The notes: generated by a model not told the origin, from the sequence alone. Positions 8,754 through 19,649 are shown, numbered from the stretch's first letter. The stretch is 55,899 nucleotides of DNA from Bacteroidales bacterium (GCA_007123065.1 SKSI01000090.1:1-55899), one strand, 5' to 3'. Made by a program: numbers and translations.

Positions 8754-9434
8754 ATGGAGAAACATCTGCTAATTGCTGCCGGAGGCAAGGGGGAGCGAAT
8801 GCAGACTTCCGGGTACAAACAGTTTATGAAACTGGACGGCAAACCTCTCCTGCTCCGTGTAATGGATGCTTTTTTTCAATTTGATCCAAACATTCATTGC
8901 ACCATCATTTTGCCTGATGCACTGCATCAAGACTGGCAAAACATATGCAACGAATATGGCTGTCAGCCCGTTTATCAGCTTGTTGAAGGAGGCCCGACCC
9001 GTTTTCATTCGGTAAAAAACGGATTGAAACATATTCCCGACAATTCTCTCGTTGCCATTCATGATGCAGCCCGCCCACTTGTATCACAACAACTTATTAC
9101 CAGACTGTTTAACTTTGCCAAAAAGTTTGGCAATGCCATACCCACGATTGAGGTTGCAGACTCGGTAAGGATGGTGAATCGTGCCATGAACACCGCATTG
9201 CCCCGGGAACAAATCAGGCTTGTGCAAACCCCACAGTGCTTTCATGCATCATCAATAAAAAAAGCATACAACACAAGCTACAAAGACTTTTACACAGATG
9301 ATGCCAGCGTGCTGGAGGCAAACGGTGAACGTCTTTATCTTATTGACGGCGAAAAGGAAAACTTCAAGATCACTACAATGACAGATCTGATGGCAGCCGA
9401 TAGCATTTTTCAACAAAGAAATCAAAAAAGATAG
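8754..9434 (+). CDS. ispD: 2-C-methyl-D-erythritol 4-phosphate cytidylyltransferase
   Basis: N-terminal AAGGKGERM nucleotide-binding loop, plus VAIHDAARP and VQTPQCF. Confidence 0.85.
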   Translation: MEKHLLIAAGGKGERMQTSGYKQFMKLDGKPLLLRVMDAFFQFDPNIHCTIILPDALHQDWQNICNEYGCQPVYQLVEGGPTRFHSVKNGLKHIPDNSLVAIHDAARPLVSQQLITRLFNFAKKFGNAIPTIEVADSVRMVNRAMNTALPREQIRLVQTPQCFHASSIKKAYNTSYKDFYTDDASVLEANGERLYLIDGEKENFKITTMTDLMAADSIFQQRNQKR

Positions 9435-9443
9435 GGTATTATT

Positions 9444-10829
9444 CTATTCTTTAACAGGGATGCCTTTCAATGTAGCCGAAGAACAAGCTGTAATTTCAAC
9501 TTTGACATAATCACCCTGCGAGAAGCTTTCATCAGGAAAAATAACAACCTTGTTGTTTTCAGCTCGTCCCATCAGCTGATCCTCCGACCGTTTTGAGCGT
9601 CCTTCAACGAGCACCTCCTGAACAGAACCAATATCTTGCTGATTGCTGATCAGTGATAACTGCTGCTGTTTTTCTATGATTTCGTTCAGGCGTCGTGTTT
9701 TCACCTTTTCGGGCACATCATCTTTGTGTTTTTTTGCAGCAAGGGTACCGGGCCGTTCAGAATACTTGAACATAAAAGCAAAATCGTACCCTACCTCTTC
9801 CATCAGAGAAAGTGTTTCCATATGCTCCTCTTCGGTTTCTCCGCAAAAGCCTGCTATAAGATCCGTGGATATGGCGCATCCGGGTAAAATTTCCTTTATT
9901 GCACGAATCCTGTCGAGGTAATCGGTACGTGTATACTTTCTGTTCATTCTGGAAAGCACAGCCGTACTTCCAGACTGCACCGGCAGGTGGATCGCTTTGC
10001 AAATATTCGGATATTCAGCCATACGATGCAGCAAATTATCCGAAATGTCTTTGGGATGGGAAGTGGCAAACCGGACACGTAGTTTGGGATCCAGGGCGGC
10101 AACCATTCCGAGCAGTTCGCTGAAACCGGTCCTGACTCCATCATCTTTCCATAAATATGAATTTACATTCTGTCCGAGCAGGGTAACTTCGCGATAACCA
10201 TCCTGAATCAATGCGCGTGTTTCAGATAAAACAGATTCGGGATTACGGCTTCGCTCTTTCCCCCGGGTAAACGGAACCACGCAATAAGCACAGAAATTTT
10301 CACACCCCCGCATGATGGAAATAAAAGCAGACACACCTCCTGCGGCATATCGTACCGGACTGATGTCAGCATAGGTCTCATCTGCAGAGAGCAACACATT
10401 GATGGCTTTTTGTCCGCTTTCAGCATCCATCAAAAGCTGCGGCAACTGCCTGTAGGCATCCGGTCCCGCAACCATATCCACGCGTATCCCTTTATCCTCT
10501 CCCTCAAGAAGATCAGACTTCAAACGTTCTGCCATACACCCTAAGACTCCAATGATGAGCCCCGGGCGTTTCTTTCTAAGATGTTGCAGTTCTCTTAACC
10601 GGTTCAGAACCCGCTGTTCAGCATGATCTCTAATGGAGCAGGTGTTAAGGAGGATCACGTCGGCCTCGGGCAACTTCTTTGCGACGTCGAAGCCCTCAGA
10701 CATCATTACGGAAGCTACAATCTCGCTATCGGAGAAATTCATCTGACAACCGTATGTCTCGATATATATCTGTTTATTCACTTTGGTAACTTGGTTTATA
10801 TCTTTTTTTTGAGGCACAAAAATACGCAT
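9444..10829 (-). CDS. miaB: tRNA (N6-isopentenyl adenosine(37)-C2)-methylthiotransferase
   Basis: UPF0004 N-domain [10 protein letters not shown], radical-SAM CENFCAYC, and a C-terminal TRAM domain. The N-terminal roughly 18 aa may be an over-extension. Confidence 0.9.
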   Translation of the reverse strand: MRIFVPQKKDINQVTKVNKQIYIETYGCQMNFSDSEIVASVMMSEGFDVAKKLPEADVILLNTCSIRDHAEQRVLNRLRELQHLRKKRPGLIIGVLGCMAERLKSDLLEGEDKGIRVDMVAGPDAYRQLPQLLMDAESGQKAINVLLSADETYADISPVRYAAGGVSAFISIMRGCENFCAYCVVPFTRGKERSRNPESVLSETRALIQDGYREVTLLGQNVNSYLWKDDGVRTGFSELLGMVAALDPKLRVRFATSHPKDISDNLLHRMAEYPNICKAIHLPVQSGSTAVLSRMNRKYTRTDYLDRIRAIKEILPGCAISTDLIAGFCGETEEEHMETLSLMEEVGYDFAFMFKYSERPGTLAAKKHKDDVPEKVKTRRLNEIIEKQQQLSLISNQQDIGSVQEVLVEGRSKRSEDQLMGRAENNKVVIFPDESFSQGDYVKVEITACSSATLKGIPVKE

Positions 10830-10942
10830 TTTAAAGCGGACAAAAAGCCATTTGTTGTGTTATTCTTTGACCGTTAATATGTTAAACAAAGCCAAACACA
10901 GATTTGCAGTTATAAAAAAACCTTCATCTATGATTATTTTAT

Positions 10943-10950
10943 TACTTTTG
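10943..10950 (+). promoter_or_regulatory. Candidate -7 box (TACTTTTG) for topA
   Basis: TAnnTTTG match 19 nt upstream of the ATG at 10969. Confidence 0.4.
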
Positions 10951-10968
10951 CCCTCCAAAATAAAAGCT

Positions 10969-13314
10969 ATGGCAAAAAATCTGGTCATTGTAGAGTCACC
11001 GGCAAAGGCAAAAACGATAGAAGGTTTTCTTGGTAAGGAGTTTACGGTAAAGTCCAGTTTTGGGCACGTCCGGGATCTCCCAAAAAACGCTATTGGCGTG
11101 AATATTGAAAAGGGGTTTGATCCTGAGTATGAAATCCCTGTTGATAAAAAATCTGTGGTTGCCGATTTGCGAAAGCTTGCAAAGGGAGCCGAAACTGTAT
11201 GGCTTGCTACAGATGAAGACAGGGAAGGAGAAGCAATTTCGTGGCATTTGGCTGAAAGTTTACAGCTCACCCCTGATCATTACAAGCGGATTGTTTTCCA
11301 CGAGATCACCAAAAACGCCATCTTAAACGCGATCAAACAGCCTCGTAAGATTGACCAAAACCTTGTTTTTGCGCAACAAGCCAGAAGGGTACTGGACCGT
11401 TTGGTCGGTTTTGAATTATCTCCATTATTATGGAAAAAAGTCAAACCTGCCCTTTCTGCAGGCAGGGTTCAGTCTGTTGCTGTTCGTCTGATTGTAGAAA
11501 GGGAAAAAGAGGTTCAGGGTTTTAAGGCCATAAGCAGTTATCGTGTATCTGCGATTTTTTCTGTTGAACACGATGGCGATATCACCCCGTTGAAGGCGGA
11601 GCTGCCCCAACGGTTTAAAACAAAAGAAGCGGCGAAGGCATTTCTTGAATTGTGTGTAGGAGCCAAATTCACGATTGAAGACATTGAAACGAAACCTGCA
11701 AAAAAATCACCATCACCCCCTTTCACAACATCCACGCTGCAACAAGAGGCAAGCCGGAAGCTTGGATTTTCGGTTAGCCGAACGATGGTGGTTGCTCAGA
11801 AACTCTACGAATCAGGAAAGATCACCTATATGCGTACCGACTCGCATAACCTTTCCGGCTCAGCAATGGCGATGGCAAAGGAGGAGATCGAAAAAAACTA
11901 TGGTGCCGACTATGTGAAGCTCAGGAAATATACAACGAAGTCCAAAGGTGCCCAGGAGGCCCACGAAGCCATACGTCCAACCTATATGAGTGTTCATCAG
12001 GCCGGGACAGATGCTGCCGGGCAAAAGCTTTACGAATTGATATGGAAGAGAACACTTGCCTCGCAAATGAGCGATGCGTTGCTGGAAAAAACCAATATTT
12101 CCATTGGCATTTCCACAACCAAAAAAGAGAAGTTCATTGCATCCGGAGAGGTCGTCAAGTTTGAAGGCTTTCTAAAGGTTTATTTTGAATCAACAGACGA
12201 TGAGGAGGAAGAAAGCGCAGCCGGGTTGTTGCCCCCCATGAAAAAGGATCAGCTGTTGCCGCTTCAGGAAATGACAGCAACTGAAAGGTATTCGAAGCCT
12301 TTGCCAAGATATACCGAAGCCAGTCTCGTAAGAAAAATGGAGGAGCTTGGCATTGGCCGTCCTTCAACATATGCACCCACAATCAGCACCATACAGAAAC
12401 GCACTTATGTGATCAAGGAGAGCCGGGATGGCATGAAGAGAACGTACAGTCTCCTTACATTGAGTAACGACAAAATCACGGAAAAAGAAAAACATGAAGT
12501 TGCTGGTGCAGAAAAAAACAAGTTGTTTCCGACAGATATCGGCCAGGTGGTCAACAGTTTCCTGATGGAGCATTTTTCTGAAATTATGGATTACAACTTT
12601 ACGGCCAAGGTAGAAAGGGAGTTTGATGAGGTTGCTGAAGGCCAAAAACAGTGGTCTTTGGTTATCAAGAACTTTTACTGGCCTTTTCACGAAAAGGTTG
12701 AGCAAACCCTGAAAGAATCAGAAAAATATAGTGGCCAGCGTTTGCTTGGAAAAGATCCGGCAAGTGGCAGGAACGTATATGCCAAAATCGGGCGTTTTGG
12801 ATCAATGATCCAGATCGGCGACCCTGAAGAGACAGACAAGCCCCGTTTTGCAAGCCTGAGGAAAGAGCAAACCATTGACACCATTACACTGGATGAGTCG
12901 CTTGAGTTATTTAAGCTTCCCCGAAAAGCGGGTGAGTTTGAGAACAAAGAGCTTGTAATCGGCGTGGGCAGGTTTGGTCCATATATCAGACACGACGGAA
13001 AATTCTATTCTTTACCCAAAGAAGAAGACCCATTAACTGTAACAACAGAGAAGTCCATCGAAGTGATTGAGGAAAAACGGGAAAGTGACCGGAAAAAAAC
13101 CATCCAAACCTTTGATGAAGAACCGGATATTCGCGTGCTGAAAGGCAAGTGGGGCCCTTACATTGCCTCAGGGAAGAAGAATTACAAAATACCAAAAGAC
13201 CTGAACCCTGAACAACTAACACTTGAAGAGATTAAAAAAATCATTTCAGACGGAACATCTGAAGCAAAATCTCGTAAAACCAAAAAGACATCCTCTTCAA
13301 AAAAGAGAAAATAA
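10969..13314 (+). CDS. topA: DNA topoisomerase I (type IA)
   Basis: Toprim start MAKNLVIVESPAKAKTIEGFLG, acidic DEDREGE motif, and a lysine-rich C-terminal tail. The internal ATG at 10969 is preferred over the track start at 10852. Confidence 0.9.
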   Translation: MAKNLVIVESPAKAKTIEGFLGKEFTVKSSFGHVRDLPKNAIGVNIEKGFDPEYEIPVDKKSVVADLRKLAKGAETVWLATDEDREGEAISWHLAESLQLTPDHYKRIVFHEITKNAILNAIKQPRKIDQNLVFAQQARRVLDRLVGFELSPLLWKKVKPALSAGRVQSVAVRLIVEREKEVQGFKAISSYRVSAIFSVEHDGDITPLKAELPQRFKTKEAAKAFLELCVGAKFTIEDIETKPAKKSPSPPFTTSTLQQEASRKLGFSVSRTMVVAQKLYESGKITYMRTDSHNLSGSAMAMAKEEIEKNYGADYVKLRKYTTKSKGAQEAHEAIRPTYMSVHQAGTDAAGQKLYELIWKRTLASQMSDALLEKTNISIGISTTKKEKFIASGEVVKFEGFLKVYFESTDDEEEESAAGLLPPMKKDQLLPLQEMTATERYSKPLPRYTEASLVRKMEELGIGRPSTYAPTISTIQKRTYVIKESRDGMKRTYSLLTLSNDKITEKEKHEVAGAEKNKLFPTDIGQVVNSFLMEHFSEIMDYNFTAKVEREFDEVAEGQKQWSLVIKNFYWPFHEKVEQTLKESEKYSGQRLLGKDPASGRNVYAKIGRFGSMIQIGDPEETDKPRFASLRKEQTIDTITLDESLELFKLPRKAGEFENKELVIGVGRFGPYIRHDGKFYSLPKEEDPLTVTTEKSIEVIEEKRESDRKKTIQTFDEEPDIRVLKGKWGPYIASGKKNYKIPKDLNPEQLTLEEIKKIISDGTSEAKSRKTKKTSSSKKRK

Positions 13315-13334
13315 TTTGACCTTTTGGTACTTAC

Positions 13335-14522
13335 ATGGATATTGCGGATTTTTTTGAACCTATCGACACAGCTGTTCCGAGCAAAGGAGGCAAGCTACAT
13401 CCTCTTATGCTGGCAAACTTTACAAACACCAACCTGAAAAACAAAGGGTTTCCGGATATTGACGGTGCAGATATCGCCATTATCGGGGTAAAGGAGGATC
13501 GCAATGCTTCGGGCAATAACGGGTGTTCCATCGCGCCGGACTATGTGCGACAATACCTATATCGCTTATTCAGAGGCCCTTACAACACCAAAATTGCAGA
13601 TTTGGGTAATATTCTTGCCGGAGATAAAGTCACAGACACCTATTTTGCCGTAAAAACTGTTATAGCCCATTTGCTTGAGAAGAATATTACCCCTGTAATC
13701 ATCGGCGGGAGTCAGGACATCACCTACGCCAATTACCAGGCCTATGAAATGCTTGGGCAGATCATCAACATCGTATCTGTTGATGCGGCTTTTGACATTG
13801 GAGTAAAAGAGGGCGAAGCGCTAAACAACAACAATTTCCTGAGTGGCATTCTAACCAACAAGCCCAACTATCTGTTTAACTATACCAATATTGGTTATCA
13901 GACTTTCTTTGTGGATCAGGATGCGATTGAGCTTATGGACAAGTTGTACTTTGATGTTTACCGGCTTGGATATGTGCGAAACAATATGGAGGAGGTGGAA
14001 CCCATTGTCAGGAATGCCGACCTGATGAGTTTTGATATTTCTGCCATCCGTCATTCTGATGCTCCGGGCAATGCAAAACCCTCTCCCATGGGGTTTTATG
14101 GAGAAGAGGCCTGCCAGATCGTACGTTATGCCGGACTGAGCGACAAGCTGAGCTCCATCGGGTTTTACGAGTTAAACCCCGCTTTTGACAATGCAGAAAA
14201 AACCGCTCATCTTGTGGCACAGATGGTCTGGTATTTTGTTGATGGTTATTATCATCGCAAGAACGACTTTCCGGATAAGAATGTTAAGGATTCAGAAGCA
14301 TTTATCAAATATGTGGTCTCTATAAGGGAGTTTCAAAACCAGATCAACTTTTACAAAAGCAAAAAAAGTGACCGCTGGTGGATGGAGGTTCCTTGTCCGC
14401 CGGGCTTGCGCCAGAAATATGACAGACAGTTTCTTGTGCCCTGCTCATATAAAGACTACCAGGAGGCATGCCAGAATGAGATCCCGGAAAAGTGGTGGCA
14501 GGTTTATCAAAAATTCGTGTAA
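13335..14522 (+). CDS. Arginase/formimidoylglutamase-fold protein with non-canonical metal-ligand motifs
   Basis: The ureohydrolase scaffold is recognisable (IIGGSQD, VDAAFD, SFDISAIRHSDAPG, ELNP), but positions matching the canonical GGDHS / DAHxD / DxDxxDP ligands are substituted. It also carries a C-terminal extension of about 90 aa with 3 Cys. Confidence 0.6.
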   Translation: MDIADFFEPIDTAVPSKGGKLHPLMLANFTNTNLKNKGFPDIDGADIAIIGVKEDRNASGNNGCSIAPDYVRQYLYRLFRGPYNTKIADLGNILAGDKVTDTYFAVKTVIAHLLEKNITPVIIGGSQDITYANYQAYEMLGQIINIVSVDAAFDIGVKEGEALNNNNFLSGILTNKPNYLFNYTNIGYQTFFVDQDAIELMDKLYFDVYRLGYVRNNMEEVEPIVRNADLMSFDISAIRHSDAPGNAKPSPMGFYGEEACQIVRYAGLSDKLSSIGFYELNPAFDNAEKTAHLVAQMVWYFVDGYYHRKNDFPDKNVKDSEAFIKYVVSIREFQNQINFYKSKKSDRWWMEVPCPPGLRQKYDRQFLVPCSYKDYQEACQNEIPEKWWQVYQKFV

Positions 14523-14565
14523 CATGAATATTGCATCAGGACATAAAACACACGGAAAATTATTG

Positions 14566-14573
14566 TACTTTTG
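14566..14573 (+). promoter_or_regulatory. Candidate -7 box (TACTTTTG) upstream of the porP/gld operon
   Basis: TAnnTTTG match in the 151-bp gap before 14674. Confidence 0.35.
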
Positions 14574-14673
14574 CAAGTTAAATGTATCATCATATGAATG
14601 ATACGAATATGGTATTTTTAACGTTAACAGAAATATAAGCATTAAACGTTTAAACGAAACCTGTCTTTTTTCA

Positions 14674-15624
14674 ATGCGTATTTTTAGAACCATTGTATCA
14701 TTTCTTTTAATCCTGACAGGGGGCGTGGTTTTTGCACAACAAGAACCACAATTCAGCCACAACATGTTTAACAACATGGGAATTAACCCCGGACTGGCAG
14801 GGCTCCGCAATGCTATATGTGCTACCGGACTTGCACGTCAGCAATGGGTGGGTTTTCGGGACATAGAAGGAAACCGCATGAATCCTGAAACATACAGCAT
14901 GAATGTGGATGCTCCCATTAGCTTTTTAAGAGGGGGTGTTGCGCTCGGTTTTCTCCAGGATCAATTAGGTCCTGAAACCAATGTTGGTGTAAAGGTTTCG
15001 TATTCATATCATCTGGACTTATCTATGGGTCGGCTTGGGCTCGGCGGACAGATTGGTTTTCTTGACAAACAAATTGACTTTGGATCACTGAACCCCATCA
15101 ATACAGGTGATCCTGTTTTAATTGGCAGTGAAGAAAACCACATTTTTGTGGACTTTGCCTTAGGTGCATTCTATATTCTTGATGATGAATTGTGGGCCGG
15201 TTTATCTTTTTCGCAGATAAGGCAGGCCAGGGGGCCTATCGGTGAAAGCAACTATGGTCTGAGACGGCACGTGTATCTGACCGGAGGATATCATTTTTTC
15301 TGGCCTGGAAACACGAACTACGAAATCAGTCCTTCAGCGCTATTAAAAACTGATCTTGCCTCCTGGCAAATAGACATCAACACAATTGTCACATACAATA
15401 ACCAATTCTGGAGTGGCGTTAGTTATAGGCCTCAGGATGCAGTTGTTGTTTTGATGGGGGTTAAATTAGATCAGATCAGCATCGGTTACTCCTATGACAT
15501 CACCACATCATGGATGGGGTCTATGGGCAGAAGTTATGGCAGCCATGAAATTATCGTTCAGTATTGTTTTGATCTGGATTTGAATAAAGTGGAATCCATA
15601 CAAAGAAATATCAGATTTTTGTAA
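14674..15624 (+). CDS. PorP/SprF family type IX secretion system membrane protein
   Basis: Signal peptide followed by QQEPQFSHNMFNNMGINPGLAG, the family's N-terminal signature. A beta-barrel-like sequence ends in F. Sits directly upstream of gldK. Confidence 0.85.
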   Translation: MRIFRTIVSFLLILTGGVVFAQQEPQFSHNMFNNMGINPGLAGLRNAICATGLARQQWVGFRDIEGNRMNPETYSMNVDAPISFLRGGVALGFLQDQLGPETNVGVKVSYSYHLDLSMGRLGLGGQIGFLDKQIDFGSLNPINTGDPVLIGSEENHIFVDFALGAFYILDDELWAGLSFSQIRQARGPIGESNYGLRRHVYLTGGYHFFWPGNTNYEISPSALLKTDLASWQIDINTIVTYNNQFWSGVSYRPQDAVVVLMGVKLDQISIGYSYDITTSWMGSMGRSYGSHEIIVQYCFDLDLNKVESIQRNIRFL

Positions 15625-15708
15625 TTTCGCACACCAGATAAGTTTACAGCCATGAATATGGCAACAAAAAAGAGAAAAGGGATTGGCCATTTTAAGATAT
15701 TCATTACC

Positions 15709-17040
15709 ATGAAGAGATTGTTTTTTATAGCATTGATTGCAGTTCTTTTAACCAGCTGCGGCACAGGCAGAGATCGCGGGCACCTCGTTGGTGTTCAAAA
15801 CAGACCATCTGCAGTTTATACCCCGCCACCGGGAATGGTGCTCATACCGATGGGCAGTTTTATTATGGGCCCTTCGGATCAGGACATTGCTTACTCACAT
15901 AATGCCACCTCCAGAACCATTTCCATGTCTTCTTTTTATATGGATGAGACGGAGATCACCAACAATCAGTACCGGCAATTTGTATATTGGGTCAGAGACT
16001 CCATTGCGAGAAAACTTCTGGCACAGGAAGCTATAGCCATTCCTGAACTGGAAAGATATGCCATTCTGGAGGACGATGAAGGGTTTCTGCTCGACGAGCC
16101 TTTTATCAGATGGCCTAGAGACGGTGGTCCGAGAAACATTGCCTGGAACGGCGAAGACGAAAGAGAAGTGCTGGAACAAATGTTCCTGATTGAAGACGAA
16201 CGTTTTTTTGGCCGGAGGGAAATTGATACCCGAAAGCTGCTTTACTCCTATTATACCATTGATCTGCAACGAGCCGCAAGAGACCGGAATATACCAAGGC
16301 AGGACCTTATTTCTCAACATGAAGTTGCCGTTTATCCCGACACCCTGGTATGGATTAGAGATTTTACCTTTTCCTACAATGAGCCAATGACAGAAATGTA
16401 TTTCTGGCATCCTACTTATGACCATTATCCGGTGGTTGGCGTTACCTGGCCACAGGCAAAAGCGTTCAACTCATGGCGCACAGAATACCTGAACAGCTAT
16501 CTGGCAAGTCAAGATCAGCCTTTCGCACACAAGTTTGAACTGCCCTCTGAAGCTCAATGGGAGTTCGCTGCGCGTGGCGGACTTAATCTCAGCCCATATC
16601 CCTGGGGTGGCCCCTATATGTGTACTGAAGGTGGTTGTTATATGGCAAACTTTAAACCACAACGAGGCAATTATGCGCTTACAGGAGGCCTTCGGCCGGT
16701 TATTGCCGGACACTACCCACCAAACGACTATGGATTGTATGATATGGCCGGAAATGTTTCAGAGTGGACAAGGACAGCATATGACGAATCATTTTACTAC
16801 TTTATGTCCGATATGGACCCCGACTATCAATATGACGCCAGAGATGATGACCCTCCTTCCCTCAAAAGGAAAGTAATTCGTGGTGGCTCCTGGAAAGACG
16901 TCGGTTACTTCCTGCAGGTAAGTACAAGAAGCTATGAATACCAAGACACCGCAACATCATATGTCGGGTTTCGCAGCGTGCAAACCTTTCCCGGACACGA
17001 CAGGGAAACCGAACGCAGAGGCGCATCCAACGTTTACTAA
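15709..17040 (+). CDS. gldK: Gliding motility / T9SS lipoprotein GldK (PorK), SUMF1/FGE fold
   Basis: Lipobox LLTSCG at the internal start (MKRLFFIALIAVLLTSC), plus FGE-sulfatase-type motifs (YPVVGVTW, RGGSWKD). Confidence 0.9.
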   Translation: MKRLFFIALIAVLLTSCGTGRDRGHLVGVQNRPSAVYTPPPGMVLIPMGSFIMGPSDQDIAYSHNATSRTISMSSFYMDETEITNNQYRQFVYWVRDSIARKLLAQEAIAIPELERYAILEDDEGFLLDEPFIRWPRDGGPRNIAWNGEDEREVLEQMFLIEDERFFGRREIDTRKLLYSYYTIDLQRAARDRNIPRQDLISQHEVAVYPDTLVWIRDFTFSYNEPMTEMYFWHPTYDHYPVVGVTWPQAKAFNSWRTEYLNSYLASQDQPFAHKFELPSEAQWEFAARGGLNLSPYPWGGPYMCTEGGCYMANFKPQRGNYALTGGLRPVIAGHYPPNDYGLYDMAGNVSEWTRTAYDESFYYFMSDMDPDYQYDARDDDPPSLKRKVIRGGSWKDVGYFLQVSTRSYEYQDTATSYVGFRSVQTFPGHDRETERRGASNVY

Positions 17041-17093
17041 AAAGTTTTCTCAATTATAAGTAAAAAAGTTTTCAAAACCCAAAATAGATAAAG

Positions 17094-17987
17094 ATGAAAT
17101 TTGCACAAAACAGAACCTGGAAACTATTCATGTCCAGACTATATGGATGGGGCGCATCACTGGTGATCATCGGTGCCCTGTTCAAGATCATGCACTGGCC
17201 TTATGCCGATTTTGCACTTGTTGTTGGAATGGGGGTAGAGGCTATTGTGTTCTTCTTTTCCGCTTTTGAACAGGCACCCGAAGATCCGGACTGGAGTCTC
17301 GTATACCCCGAGCTGGCAGGTCTTGAACCTGACGAGAGGATTTCCAGAGAAACAAGCGTAGTTTCCGGAGGCACACAAAATATTACACTTTCTTCCAACC
17401 TCGACAAACTCATGGAAGAGGCAGATATCGGACCAGAGCTTATCAATAAACTTGGACGCGGCTTGCGCAACCTGAGCGACAACGCCGCAAGACTTGCTGA
17501 CCTGTCGAATGCAACCATTGCAACCAACCAGTACATCCAAAACATGGAAAGCGCATCCAAATCGGTACTGGAATTAAGCCAATCTTATAAGAGTAAAGCA
17601 GAGTATCTGAAACACGATCTTAGTTTGTCAGAAGAGTACAATACCAGCCTGAGAAGTGCTGTAAGTTCTCTTAACGACATGAGTGATTCCTACAAAGAAA
17701 CTGCATCCAGAGCCAAAGACAACATTTATGCTTCAGAGGATCTGACAAAAAGCCTCACTGCGCTTAACACTGCTTACGAGCTTCAAATGCAAACCACTAC
17801 CAACCAAACCGACATTGTAAAAAAATATGAAGATGCTGTCGGTTCCGTGGCAGACCAACTGAACAGCTCAGCAGCTACCGCTCAACAATACAAAGATCAA
17901 ATGGAACAGCTAACGGAAAACATAAAAAGCCTGAACAACGTTTATGGCAATATGCTTTCCGCAATGAATTTCAATGTAAACAGATAA
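17094..17987 (+). CDS. gldL: Gliding motility / T9SS protein GldL (PorL)
   Basis: Two N-terminal TM helices with FKIMHWPYADFALVVGMGVEAIVFFFSAFE, followed by a helical cytoplasmic tail. Its position in the operon fits. Confidence 0.9.
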   Translation: MKFAQNRTWKLFMSRLYGWGASLVIIGALFKIMHWPYADFALVVGMGVEAIVFFFSAFEQAPEDPDWSLVYPELAGLEPDERISRETSVVSGGTQNITLSSNLDKLMEEADIGPELINKLGRGLRNLSDNAARLADLSNATIATNQYIQNMESASKSVLELSQSYKSKAEYLKHDLSLSEEYNTSLRSAVSSLNDMSDSYKETASRAKDNIYASEDLTKSLTALNTAYELQMQTTTNQTDIVKKYEDAVGSVADQLNSSAATAQQYKDQMEQLTENIKSLNNVYGNMLSAMNFNVNR

Positions 17988-18051
17988 TCATTTGCTTTTT
18001 TGGTTTAAAATTTTAAGCCAACGACAAGTGATTTAAGATAACACCCAAATT

Positions 18052-19635
18052 ATGGCAGGAGGAAAACAAACCCCCAGACAAAAACTGATCGGATTGATGT
18101 ATCTGATCTTCCTGGCGCTGATGGCCCTCAATGTGTCTGTGGAGGTCCTTGACTCATTCCCGCTGATTGACAGAGGGATACAAGAGACCAATCAAAATTT
18201 TGAGATGAAGGTCGATATGATCTATGATGACTTCAATGCACAGGTGCAAAACTTTTCCGAAGAACATGTATTTCCTTATCATGATCAAGCCCTCTATATT
18301 AAAGAGCTTGCAGACTCCATGGTCAGTTATATTATGACCAACAGAACACTGATGGTTTCCATGCTAAACAACATCAGCTTTGAAGAGGCAGACACACTTG
18401 ACCTGATCCAATTAAGACAAAAAGACAACTACAGCCGCTCTACACGTTTCTGGATGGAGGAAGGTGGTACCAGCGGCGGACCCGGAACAAGAGCCTACAT
18501 CCTCAAAACAAAAATTGAACACTTTAAAAACGAAATTGACAGCATCCTTTCTACACACAATCAAAGTGTCAAATTGGGTTTGGACACGGAAGGACCTTTT
18601 TACAGAGGGGATAACAGAATCGACTGGCAGACATACAACTTTGATCGTGTAATATCGGTTGCAGTAGCTACCAACCTCAGCAGACTGATCACAGAAGTAC
18701 GCAACGCACAGTTCGATGCAATCAGCATGCTTTATGACCTGATCCACGCCGGGCAGTTCCGGTTTGATGAAGTAAGCGCAAGGATTGTGCCGGAGAGCAG
18801 AATCGTTATGCAGGGAGGACAGTTTGAAGCGGATATATTTGTGGCCGCCATCGACACACGCCAGGACCCTGAAGTTTTCGTTGAGGGCATCGGCAGAATT
18901 CCGGTTCGCGATGGTGTAGGCCGCCTGCGGCTTGCAGCCACATCTCCGGGGTCACAGTCCATAAATGGAAGGATCACAGTCAGATCTCCCGCAGGTGTTG
19001 AAACATCACACCCTTTCAGAACACAATATACTGTTGAATCACCGATGGCAACAATATCACCCACAAGAATGAATGTTTTCTATGCCGGCCTCGAAAACCC
19101 TGTTTCGATCGCTGCCGGAGGGGTTCCAACCGAAAACCTCGTGGTTGAAATTTCTGAAGGAGGAACCCTTACAAGACAAAGAGATGGCAGCTATACCGTT
19201 ACCGTGGAGCCAGATGTCCGCGAAGTGAGTATTACTGTAAGAGCAAGAATCGGCGACCGAATGGAAACAATGGCCGTAACGCCTTTCAGGGTGCTTAGAA
19301 CACCAGCCCCTACAGCCTACATTGCCGGCCAAAGAAGTGGAAGAATCCCGAGGCAGCTGCTTACAAGACCACAAACAATTATCGAGGCAAGAATGGCTGA
19401 AGACTTCGTTTTTGACCTGCGGTATGAAGTAGCTCACTTCGAAATGATTACCGAAAGAGCAGGTGAGATCAGACGAGCAAACCAGGAAAGTGGCAACACC
19501 TTAACCAGCGAAATGGTTACTCTGGTTAATAATGCACGAAGCGGACAAAGCGTAACATTTACAAATATTTTCACACATCCAGGACCCGACGGTGAGCCAA
19601 GAAACCTCGGCGCCCTGTCTTTTACAATCGAATAA
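18052..19635 (+). CDS. gldM: Gliding motility / T9SS protein GldM (PorM)
   Basis: N-terminus MAGGKQTPRQKLIGLMYLIFLALMALNVS, a single TM helix, and a long periplasmic region. Confidence 0.9.
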   Translation: MAGGKQTPRQKLIGLMYLIFLALMALNVSVEVLDSFPLIDRGIQETNQNFEMKVDMIYDDFNAQVQNFSEEHVFPYHDQALYIKELADSMVSYIMTNRTLMVSMLNNISFEEADTLDLIQLRQKDNYSRSTRFWMEEGGTSGGPGTRAYILKTKIEHFKNEIDSILSTHNQSVKLGLDTEGPFYRGDNRIDWQTYNFDRVISVAVATNLSRLITEVRNAQFDAISMLYDLIHAGQFRFDEVSARIVPESRIVMQGGQFEADIFVAAIDTRQDPEVFVEGIGRIPVRDGVGRLRLAATSPGSQSINGRITVRSPAGVETSHPFRTQYTVESPMATISPTRMNVFYAGLENPVSIAAGGVPTENLVVEISEGGTLTRQRDGSYTVTVEPDVREVSITVRARIGDRMETMAVTPFRVLRTPAPTAYIAGQRSGRIPRQLLTRPQTIIEARMAEDFVFDLRYEVAHFEMITERAGEIRRANQESGNTLTSEMVTLVNNARSGQSVTFTNIFTHPGPDGEPRNLGALSFTIE

Positions 19636-19649
19636 TCATTTTTTAATCC

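Noticed and set aside
10852-10968. N-terminal extensions offered by the ORF track for topA (also 1907-2002 for ChaN, 15652-15708 for gldK, 49800-49838 for purN, 50033-50065 for acpP and 52297-52470 for the IPExxxVDY gene)
   Set aside because: In each case, an internal ATG gives the canonical family N-terminus or a proper signal peptide/lipobox. The extensions overlap promoter-like sequence or the upstream gene.
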